64,000 nt of DNA from TPA_inf: Saccharomyces (lineage: Eukaryota): assembly GCA_000146045.2 (NCBI GenBank), contig BK006937.2, forward strand, positions 192,001 through 256,000. The letters run 5' to 3'. The position numbers and the translations under genes were made by a program. Within the stretch, counting starts at the first letter, position 1, and every line of letters starts with the position of its first letter. A model generated the notes under the pieces. The model was not told the DNA's origin. It did no database searches and saw only the letters and a list, made by a program, of their open reading frames with translations. Of the stretch, positions 1-9,173 are shown in pieces.

Positions 1-1018
1 CTTCCGCTTCAGTATCTAGGTCTGCTATTAGCACAGTGTTCAATTTATCCATATCAATGTCCACTTCCTCTTCTTCAGAGTTATCAGAGTTTTGTAATTG
101 GCATTCGGGGTCTAACTCCACTATCCCATAATTTGAAGCAAATGCAATATTCTTTGCGTTTATCATTAACGGTACTGACTTAGTTTGGTCGCAAATAATT
201 TCATACGTTTCTCTTATGGTGGCACTTCTTCCTCTTGTTCTTATAGTCATTCTTAAATCGGACGCACGCTCATCTATAAATGCTCTAGGTAACTTTACGC
301 TCTGTAAAGCGTACATCAAAGAATTCCAACACAAATCGAAGACTGGACCAGTGCGACTCAAGACTACAATTTTCGCATACAAAACGTATGACCATTTTCT
401 TTTCATTTTCAGGTTTGTTTCATTCAGCGTATCATCTTCTAATTCATCGGGATACAAGACGGAAAACGTACCGTCTTCATTCGCACTACGAACACCAGCT
501 TTTACCTTCAAGGCTTTTTTAGGCAATATCCTAGAGTGCAATATGGAATCGTGTAGTTTTTGTGATATAGTCATTTCTTCATCGGTGCAAGCGCCCACTC
601 TACCTCTTTCAACTTCCACCACCGGATAGACAGAAGCATAATTTGCAATTATGTCCTCCTCTTTGGTCACTTCGAACAATTCTTCCTCACCGAAATCATC
701 CAAATCTTTAATCGCGGCGCTAGTTTCTTCTATTATTCCACCCGTAATAGAAGTTATGACTATGGTTTTCCCACTTTTCAAAACATTTGAGCCTAAAATG
801 TTGTTTTTAGTGTCTATATTACCAGCATCCGCATAACGCGATAAAGTATTATTTTCTATAGCAACATCTCTAAATTCTTCATATTTTCTTAGACATGGCC
901 TGATTCCTAGGGATAAGTGTCTTTGTAAAGACAATTCTGGAGATATTCTCGCAAGAACTTCAGGTGGAAAAGTAATTGGGTGTATCTCAATAGTTTCTAA
1001 CGTGGTACTTTCAGCCAT
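1..1018 (-). CDS. RRP43: Exosome non-catalytic core subunit (RNase PH-like), 5' part of gene only; the CDS continues beyond the window start
   Basis: Minus-strand frame open from the ATG (rc CAT at 1016-1018) to the window edge. The translation starts [22 protein letters not shown]. Its position just upstream of RBK1 matches YCR035C. The plus-strand ORFs 216-629 and 651-836 are antisense artefacts. Confidence 0.8.
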
Positions 1019-1296
1019 TTCCAATATTAGATGCCTGTGAAACTACTGTCAAACTTATTTGTGTAACAATACTCATCGTCTAATTTGTCCATTATTGTTA
1101 TATACTCTGTCATAAAAAAAGAAAGAAAAATCTTATACTTTCGTCGACTGTGATTTGAAAATCTCTCCAGATCAAACGGGAATAAAAGGGTTTATATCCG
1201 AAGGTGGCCAGAACAATCATGAAGCAAATAGGATAAAAATAGCCAATAAGATGTTTGTTGTCTTTCATCCCAAAGTTCCAACAGCATATTTCAAAG

Positions 1297-2298
1297 ATGG
1301 GTATTACAGTAATAGGTTCTCTAAACTATGATTTGGACACATTTACGGATAGATTACCTAACGCTGGAGAAACTTTCAGGGCTAACCACTTCGAAACACA
1401 TGCTGGTGGTAAGGGATTGAACCAAGCTGCGGCCATTGGTAAATTAAAAAACCCCAGCAGCAGATATAGTGTTCGAATGATTGGTAATGTTGGAAATGAT
1501 ACATTTGGTAAACAATTGAAGGACACTTTATCCGATTGCGGAGTCGATATCACTCACGTCGGTACTTACGAAGGCATTAATACGGGTACCGCTACCATAC
1601 TAATTGAAGAGAAAGCTGGTGGCCAAAATAGGATATTGATTGTAGAAGGTGCTAACAGCAAGACTATTTATGACCCGAAACAGTTGTGTGAAATTTTTCC
1701 AGAGGGCAAGGAGGAAGAAGAGTATGTTGTTTTTCAACACGAAATTCCTGATCCTCTTTCCATTATTAAATGGATACATGCGAACAGGCCGAATTTTCAG
1801 ATCGTATATAACCCCTCACCTTTCAAGGCCATGCCTAAGAAAGATTGGGAGTTGGTAGACCTTTTGGTCGTTAATGAAATTGAGGGTCTTCAAATCGTGG
1901 AAAGTGTATTTGATAATGAACTTGTTGAAGAAATAAGGGAGAAGATAAAGGACGACTTTTTAGGAGAATATCGTAAAATTTGTGAGCTTTTGTATGAAAA
2001 ACTCATGAATCGAAAGAAAAGAGGAATTGTGGTTATGACTTTGGGTTCGAGAGGGGTGCTTTTCTGTTCGCACGAAAGCCCTGAAGTACAATTCCTTCCG
2101 GCTATTCAAAATGTTTCGGTTGTTGATACTACAGGAGCTGGAGATACTTTCCTGGGCGGTTTGGTTACTCAATTGTATCAAGGAGAGACCTTGTCTACGG
2201 CTATAAAGTTCTCTACATTAGCTAGTTCATTGACCATTCAAAGAAAAGGTGCTGCTGAAAGCATGCCACTGTATAAAGATGTTCAGAAAGATGCATAA
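1297..2298 (+). CDS. RBK1: Ribokinase (pfkB carbohydrate kinase family)
   Basis: pfkB motifs [10 protein letters not shown] and [12 protein letters not shown] are present. The track ORF starts at 1255, but the known 333-aa protein starts at [12 protein letters not shown] (ATG at 1297). Confidence 0.9.
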
Positions 2299-2413
2299 AA
2301 TCTACTGCAATTTTTTACTTTTAGTTTGTTAAATTTTAGTTTTCGTCATATATATAAAGTTTAAAAAGGTACAAAGAATGCAGTAATAAGAAATGTAATT
2401 ACATGAGGGCAGT

Positions 2414-5185
2414 TTAAGTGCTACCTTTTAAGACGGAAGAACTAATACCATAACCGAGAGTAATTACGCAGACAAACGCTAACAACGAAGCAGGAACACC
2501 TCTGGAGATAAAAGCGCCTACAGTTAGCCATCTATTACCCTTTTTATCGGTCATAGAAATAGCAGTAACGTTTGGAAATCCAGATGAAGCCAACCCCATA
2601 CCGCATGAGGCTAACAAGGCGCAACCGAACACAAGAATTGGAGCTGCCTTTGGATCGGATAATTTGTCACCAACTTCTTGCACCAAGGGAATAATGATGA
2701 TTGCTGACACAGTATGTGAGACAAAAGTGCCCACAACTAACATTAAAATACCGAAAATACATAAGATAGCAAAAACACCATCGTTCTGAATTTTCTTTTG
2801 TAATGCTCTTGCAATAGTTACCAACAAGCCTGAAGATGAAACTGCCTTACCAAGGGCTATACCACCCATAGCAAGAACAACAATTGACCAAGGGAATGTG
2901 TTGAAATCCTTTGTTGATAGTAGACCTGTACCAAAAAACAGGACTATCGGTATTACTGCAATTTCACCGGACGATCCAAAAGCACTTTCTATTTGTGACT
3001 CTACACACCATAGAAGAATAGTAGCAATAGTTACAATGATGATAAAATATTGCTTTATAGTAAATCTGGTCCTTATTGGTTTAAATTTTTCCAGTTTAGT
3101 TTTGCCTATTTTAAAGGTGAGTATCATCAAGGCCCAGGAGCACAGCATCGATAGAATACCTGTAGGCAGAGCGACAGCAAAAAATTGCCCCCAGCCGATT
3201 CCATAAGGTTTTAAGTACTGCATGGAGATGATATTCTGTGGCGAAGAAATAGGTGAAGCCATACCACCAATATCTGCCGAAAGTGCAACACCCATGACTA
3301 ATGCCTTAGCAAACGGTGAAGTGTAGTCCAGCGGATCTAGTAAGGGTGTTAATAGAGAATATGTCAATACTGGGGAGGCAACGTTGGAAATCCACATCGA
3401 AAGAAAGAATACAACACTCATTGCCATTAAAAGGACATTTCTTGGCTTGGTACCTGCAAGGGCCAATAACCACGATGCCAAAACTTTCGCAACGTTATAT
3501 TGCGACAAGGCTTCACCCAATGTGAAACCTGCTAATAAAATCATAATTGTTGACGACCACATTGTACCTAAGATTTCTGTAGAGGCAGCTGCTGCTCCCA
3601 TTACCTTACCGTCATCGTCTTTTAGTACCCTAAAAAGGACAGTTAGAAGGGGAACCAATAAACCTGTGATGTGTAATGGAATGGCTTCACTAGCCCATAA
3701 GAAAGCACAGCATTCTACCAATGCCATACACCGGTGTTCGACAGGGTCATTGAAAGTTTTAACACCCAACAAAACACCTGTGACAATGATAATGAAGCCT
3801 ATTTTCATTGCTCTTTTCCCAAAAAATAGCTTAGGAACTGCCAAATTTTCAATTTTAGTAAACTTCAAATTAATTGGCTTAGGCAATGGATACTTGAAAT
3901 ATTCAATTTGAAGCTTTTCTTGCATAAGTTTCTCAGCTTCATCTTCAATAGTTATTATATCGTTATTTTGCGAAGAGAGGCCCAACATGTCTTTCCATGT
4001 GTTGCTTCTTTCCCAAACAATGTGGTCGTGCAGGTACGACTTTAACTCTTGCTTGCATGAATCTACGTTCCCAGGCTGACCCATGAGAACAGCATAAAAT
4101 TCAATAAGTTGTGCAATTTTACTGTTTAAACTGCTTAAAGTTTCATGCTGGAAGATGTAGGTGTCTTTGAAAAATTCTTCACTTTCTATTAATTCTTGCC
4201 TAGTGTTCATGTGCAATACTTTATCAGACTTCTTAGTAATTTTACTGAAACCCATTCTGTTCAATTCGATAAAAGATTTCAACTGGCAAAGGTCTATGTA
4301 AAGATTTATTATTGTCTGTTTTAATAATGACTTTTTCTGAGATTTAATGTTAAATTGCGAATAATTCAAGAGGGCGGTATTGTCGGTAGTGTCAGCAAAC
4401 ACGTCAACGTCATCATCTTCATCCATTTCTTCTTCGCTGTAATCAAACCTATTTCTCAATTCACTGTCGATGTTTGAAGAGTGTATTTCAAATGGGTTAT
4501 TAGATGAATGTGTCTCTGATGTACCAGAAATAATTTCTCTTAAAGGAGGCAATGCTTGAATTTCAGGATTGAAAGTTTCATTCAATCTTGTTACAATGCC
4601 TTCCTTCTCCAAATCATTAATCAAGTGGTCAAATCTTTCATAGAACTTAGCTTCCATTCTTTTGTAGAAATCATCTACTTTCAATTTCTCGTCGCTCAGG
4701 TTAGTTACGAATGTATCATAAGAACTGAAGAGCGTCTTTCCCTCGCTACTCACAGATGAGCTGCGTGATTCAAAGAATTTCTTACGTATAAAATTCTTAT
4801 TGAAAGAGGTGGTTTTCCCTTGAGGAGATAACTCGTCTAACTCAATTGTTTCCTCGTTAATATTGTTCCCATCTATGGCCTTTTCGTCGGAGTCTCCCCT
4901 TTTGCTTCCTGAAGGTGTTTTAGAACCAAAGAGCTTACGCTTGAGTTTATGTGTAAATCTTCTTTTCGATGAAGATGGTTCTCCTGCAGCTATGTTGCTT
5001 TCTATATCAGCGATTGGACCTGGAGTCTGAGAGTCAGCGTCATCGTTTAAGTCACCGGTTGGCGTTTCTTGTTTCAATTCATCTGTCTGTAATGTGTAGA
5101 TCAAATTTTTCAATTCGTTATAATCTAGGTAATGATTCTGCCATTCAGGGACAGCGTTGTATTTGAGAAAGTGTGAGAATCTCAT
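2414..5185 (-). CDS. PHO87: Low-affinity inorganic phosphate transporter with an N-terminal SPX domain and a C-terminal multi-TM anion permease domain
   Basis: The protein begins MRFSHFLKYNAVPEWQNHYLDYNELKNLI, an SPX signature. The C-terminal half is hydrophobic with many TM segments. The start was taken at the MRFSH ATG rather than the track's upstream MCLE. Confidence 0.9.
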   Translation of the reverse strand: MRFSHFLKYNAVPEWQNHYLDYNELKNLIYTLQTDELKQETPTGDLNDDADSQTPGPIADIESNIAAGEPSSSKRRFTHKLKRKLFGSKTPSGSKRGDSDEKAIDGNNINEETIELDELSPQGKTTSFNKNFIRKKFFESRSSSVSSEGKTLFSSYDTFVTNLSDEKLKVDDFYKRMEAKFYERFDHLINDLEKEGIVTRLNETFNPEIQALPPLREIISGTSETHSSNNPFEIHSSNIDSELRNRFDYSEEEMDEDDDVDVFADTTDNTALLNYSQFNIKSQKKSLLKQTIINLYIDLCQLKSFIELNRMGFSKITKKSDKVLHMNTRQELIESEEFFKDTYIFQHETLSSLNSKIAQLIEFYAVLMGQPGNVDSCKQELKSYLHDHIVWERSNTWKDMLGLSSQNNDIITIEDEAEKLMQEKLQIEYFKYPLPKPINLKFTKIENLAVPKLFFGKRAMKIGFIIIVTGVLLGVKTFNDPVEHRCMALVECCAFLWASEAIPLHITGLLVPLLTVLFRVLKDDDGKVMGAAAASTEILGTMWSSTIMILLAGFTLGEALSQYNVAKVLASWLLALAGTKPRNVLLMAMSVVFFLSMWISNVASPVLTYSLLTPLLDPLDYTSPFAKALVMGVALSADIGGMASPISSPQNIISMQYLKPYGIGWGQFFAVALPTGILSMLCSWALMILTFKIGKTKLEKFKPIRTRFTIKQYFIIIVTIATILLWCVESQIESAFGSSGEIAVIPIVLFFGTGLLSTKDFNTFPWSIVVLAMGGIALGKAVSSSGLLVTIARALQKKIQNDGVFAILCIFGILMLVVGTFVSHTVSAIIIIPLVQEVGDKLSDPKAAPILVFGCALLASCGMGLASSGFPNVTAISMTDKKGNRWLTVGAFISRGVPASLLAFVCVITLGYGISSSVLKGST

Positions 5186-5310
5186 TTCGAGGCACAATAA
5201 TAGCCGCCTTTACCGTAGTTTTGCTGCACCTTTATCTGAGAGCTGACTGCTTTTTTGGTGTGAAACACTGTTTTCTGGTAATAATTTTTCAATGCATCGG
5301 ATTACTTTTC

Positions 5311-5318
5311 CCACGTGC
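5311..5318. promoter_or_regulatory. E-box CACGTGGG (bottom strand), a high-affinity Pho4/Cbf1-type site 127 bp upstream of the PHO87 ATG
   Basis: The top strand reads CCCACGTG. Its reverse complement CACGTGGG is the extended Pho4 motif. Confidence 0.5.
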
Positions 5319-5620
5319 GAAATCATCAATTAATTAGATTGAAAAAAGGGTAAGGGAAAATAAGAAAGAGGCGGTAGCCTAAAGATACGGTAATTGAAAC
5401 GTTTCCTATGCACAATCTTAAACCTTTTTAGGTAATTGATTAAGTTGACTGTAATATCTGTAAAAGATTACATCTAATTTACGTCTGGTTTCTTATCAAA
5501 AAATATTATCTACTGTAGTTATGCAAGTATTCTTAATTTTCAGTACTAAACATGAATATTAATTATTTGTGAGCGTACAAGAAGCAAAAGGAAGTCATCT
5601 TTCTTTGAACAGTTCTGTTT

Positions 5621-7549
5621 TTAGGTAAGCCTTGGAACCTTAGCTATACTGACTTGATACGCCCTGTCTTTGTTGTCGTTATATAAAGTGTGCACCTTTA
5701 TCATAGCCCCTAATAAGCTTCTTGCAGTAGTATTTGAACAGTGTATATCTTCATATTGCTTTTGTTGTAAATATTGCGCAAAAGCGACTATCTTTGTGAT
5801 TTGGTTGAACTTTTGCATATTCACGTTATTACCATCTTTAGTGAATGTATCGTTTCCGTCTCTTATGAAGGTAATGTCCCTGATAAGCAGTGATGTAAAA
5901 GGTACACAAGGAAGCTGACTGTGGAAAATATGTTTAATTGTTCTTCTATAAACGTTGTAGTTGTTGTTTGGATGTACGACGACTTTTAGGCGCTGAAAAA
6001 GGTGGTCTGATTTAACATCTATCGGGAGAGATAGTCTTTCTATTGAATGATTTTGCAATGATGTAATGATTGAAGCAAGTGAGTTTAAGTTTCGTAAGTA
6101 TAGACAAGACAGTGCAACTTGTAACCAGTAGGAAATGGTGTGCGTTTGCTGCAAAGTTGTCTCAAGAACGTAGGACGATAACTGGTTGGAAAGCGTAAAC
6201 ACGGAGTCAATTGTTGTATCGTTGTGTTTGAAATGTCTTGTGAATTCTATTGTTTCAATATCCAAGTAAAGAGAAGATTCTAAGAGAGTCAATGTCTTTG
6301 CAAGTGACCATGGAGATACGTTTAGAGCGAAGGCTTCGACTTCTAGAAGTTCACCCTGTTTCCATTGGAAAAGTAAATCACTGAGGTCAGTTGCACCGCA
6401 CAATTCATCATTTGCGTTCGTTTTGTCTATCTCGTATTGGAGAAATAAGTTTTCGTAGTCCAGGGGCGGTTTATTTTCTTCGATTTCCTTATCAGTTAGA
6501 CCAATGTAATGAATCTTCAATTGCCTCGTTCTTTTTTTGTTTATAAACAGCTGAACTATGTCTGCAAACAGTTCTTGGTATTCATAATATTCAGCCAAGT
6601 GACTGTACCAAAAATTGAGGATATCTTTTAATGTTGTCTCACTATCTTGCCAATAAGACTCTACCCAGATTTGTATTAGACGAGGGACGGAGTGATTTTT
6701 GTGTTTGTTTTTATTAATTGTGGGATAGGATAGTAGCAACTCTTGGAGGAGAGCATTGTCAGTTGTCCAGTCTCTGAAGTTAAGTAGTAAGTTTGCGGAG
6801 TCAAAGGGGGATGGCTTTTGCCATTTGTGAGAGTTGTGCGGCAGCATCTTATTCAAATAGAGCTGTATTCTGAAGACCTCTTGTAGAACATCATCCATAC
6901 TAAAAAGTAAATCGTCCTGTCCCATTACGAGCTGTATTAGTGCTGTGACCCTCTGTATATTTACGTTGCCATGAAGAAGGTAATGGGCGATATTTTGATA
7001 CAATTCCTGAGTTGCATGTTGGATTGAGTTTACGAAGGGTCGCCAGACGGCCAGAAACCTCCAGGCGGAGTTAACAACTAGTAATACGGCATCCATGTTT
7101 GCATCAGCGCCGAGCCTATACCAGTCACTGAGTAGACGTTTTCTTGCTCTTTTTATGTCCTGACTTCTTTTGACGAGGGGGCATTCTCTAGAGACACAGG
7201 CAGTTGCTTCCAGCAACTGCCGTACGGCCGTTCTCATGCTGTCGAGGATTTTTTTTGGGACGATATTGTCATTATAGGGCAGTGTGTGACTTATGAATTG
7301 TTGTAGAAGGACGTCTGTGATGTTGGAGATATGTATTTTGTTAACTCTTCTTGAGACGATTTGGCCCTGGATAGCGAAGCGTGCGGTTACAAATAGGTCG
7401 TCTTGTTCAAGAAGGTAGGCGAGGACATTATCTATCAGTACAAACATCTTAGTAGTGTCTGAGGAGAGGGTTGATTGTTTATGTATTTTTGCGAAATATA
7501 TATATATATATTCTACACAGATATATACATATTTGTTTTTCGGGCTCAT
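5621..7549 (-). CDS. BUD5: Ras-family GEF (Cdc25-like) for Rsr1/Bud1, used in bud-site selection. The N-terminal extent is ambiguous (alternative ATG at 7447).
   Basis: A C-terminal RasGEF-like domain is present. The location abutting MATalpha2 is diagnostic. The first 34 codons run through a (TA)n low-complexity tract. Confidence 0.85.
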
Positions 7550-8178
7550 TCTTTCTTCTTTGCCAGAGGCTCACCGCTCAAGAGGTCCGCTAATTCTGGA
7601 GCGATTGTTATTGTTTTTTCTTTTCTTCTTCTATTCGAAACCCAGTTTTTGATTTGAATGCGAGATAAACTGGTATTCTTCATTAGATTCTCTAGGCCCT
7701 TGGTATCTAGATATGGGTTCTCGATGTTCTTTGCAAACCAACTTTCTAGTATTCGGACATTTTCTTTTGTAAACCGGTGTCCTCTGTAAGGTTTAGTACT
7801 TTTGTTTATCATATCTTGAGTTACCACATTAAATACCAACCCATCCGCCGATTTATTTTTCTGTGTAAGTTGATAATTACTTCTATCGTTTTCTATGCTG
7901 CGCATTTCTTTGAGTAATACAGTAATGGTAGTAGTGAGTTGAGATGTTGTTTGCAACAACTTCTTCTCCTCATCACTAATCTTACGGTTTTTGTTGGCCC
8001 TAGATAAGAATCCTAATATATCCCTTAATTCAACTTCTTCTTCTGTTGTTACACTCTCTGGTAACTTAGGTAAATTACAGCAAATAGAAAAGAGCTTTTT
8101 ATTTATGTCTAGTATGCTGGATTTAAACTCATCTGTGATTTGTGGATTTAAAAGGTCTTTAATGGGTATTTTATTCAT
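7546..8178 (-). CDS. MATALPHA2: Homeodomain transcriptional repressor alpha2 of the MATalpha idiomorph
   Basis: Full-length 210-aa match, [28 protein letters not shown]...[18 protein letters not shown], including the homeodomain WF..N.R motif. It is transcribed divergently from alpha1. Confidence 0.97.
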
Positions 8179-8323
8179 TTTTTCTTGCTTATCTTCCTTT
8201 TTTTCTTGCCCACTTCTAAGCTGATTTCAATCTCTCCTTTATATATATTTTTAAGTTCCAACATTTTATGTTTCAAAACATTAATGATGTCTGGGTTTTG
8301 TTTGGGATGCAATTTATTGCTTC

Positions 8324-8343
8324 CCAATGTAGAAAAGTACATC
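8324..8343. promoter_or_regulatory. a1-alpha2 (haploid-specific gene) operator in the alpha1/alpha2 divergent promoter
   Basis: CAATGTAGAAAAGTACATCA fits the hsg operator consensus (C/T)ATGT-N9-TACATCA, with 20-bp spacing of the half sites. Confidence 0.75.
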
Positions 8344-8441
8344 ATATGAAACAACTTAAACTCTTAACTACTTCTTTTAACCTTCACTTTTTATGAAATG
8401 TATCAACCATATATAATAACTTAATAGACGACATTCACAAT

Positions 8442-8969
8442 ATGTTTACTTCGAAGCCTGCTTTCAAAATTAAGAACAAAGCATCCAAATCATACAGAAA
8501 CACAGCGGTTTCAAAAAAGCTGAAAGAAAAACGTCTAGCTGAGCATGTGAGGCCAAGCTGCTTCAATATTATTCGACCACTCAAGAAAGATATCCAGATT
8601 CCTGTTCCTTCCTCTCGATTTTTAAATAAAATCCAAATTCACAGGATAGCGTCTGGAAGTCAAAATACTCAGTTTCGACAGTTCAATAAGACATCTATAA
8701 AATCTTCAAAGAAATATTTAAACTCATTTATGGCTTTTAGAGCATATTACTCACAGTTTGGCTCCGGTGTAAAACAAAATGTCTTGTCTTCTCTGCTCGC
8801 TGAAGAATGGCACGCGGACAAAATGCAGCACGGAATATGGGACTACTTCGCGCAACAGTATAATTTTATAAACCCTGGTTTTGGTTTTGTAGAGTGGTTG
8901 ACGAATAATTATGCTGAAGTACGTGGTGACGGATATTGGGAAGATGTGTTTGTACATTTGGCCTTATAG
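8442..8969 (+). CDS. MATALPHA1: Alpha-domain transcriptional activator alpha1 of the MATalpha idiomorph
   Basis: 175-aa match, MFTSKPAFKIKNKASKSYRNTAVSKKLKEKRLAEH...YWEDVFVHLAL. The HO cut site lies inside its 3' end, as in MATalpha. Confidence 0.97.
   Translation: MFTSKPAFKIKNKASKSYRNTAVSKKLKEKRLAEHVRPSCFNIIRPLKKDIQIPVPSSRFLNKIQIHRIASGSQNTQFRQFNKTSIKSSKKYLNSFMAFRAYYSQFGSGVKQNVLSSLLAEEWHADKMQHGIWDYFAQQYNFINPGFGFVEWLTNNYAEVRGDGYWEDVFVHLAL
8845..8880 (+). other. HO endonuclease recognition/cleavage site at the Yalpha/Z1 junction
   Basis: The sequence ACTTCGCGCAACAGTATAATTTTATAAACCCTGGTT matches the canonical MATalpha Y/Z HO site (core CGCAACAGTATA). Confidence 0.9.
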
Positions 8970-9173
8970 AGTGTGGTCGTGGCGGAGGTTGTTTATCTTT
9001 CGAGTACTGAATGTTGTCAGTATAGCTATCCTATTTGAAACTCCCCATCGTCTTGCTCTTGTTCCCAATGTTTGTTTATACACTCATATGGCTATACCCT
9101 TATCTACTTGCCTCTTTTGTTTATGTCTATGTATTTGTATAAAATATGATATTACTCAGACTCAAGCAAACAA

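Noticed and set aside
216-836. Plus-strand ORFs 216-629 and 651-836
   Set aside because: Antisense frames inside the RRP43 coding region, with low-complexity translations.
8256-8300. Second a1-alpha2 operator (TGATGT half-sites near 8263-8290)
   Set aside because: The half-site spacing and orientation do not fit the 20-bp ATGT-N9-TACATCA geometry. Only the site at 8324-8343 is convincing.
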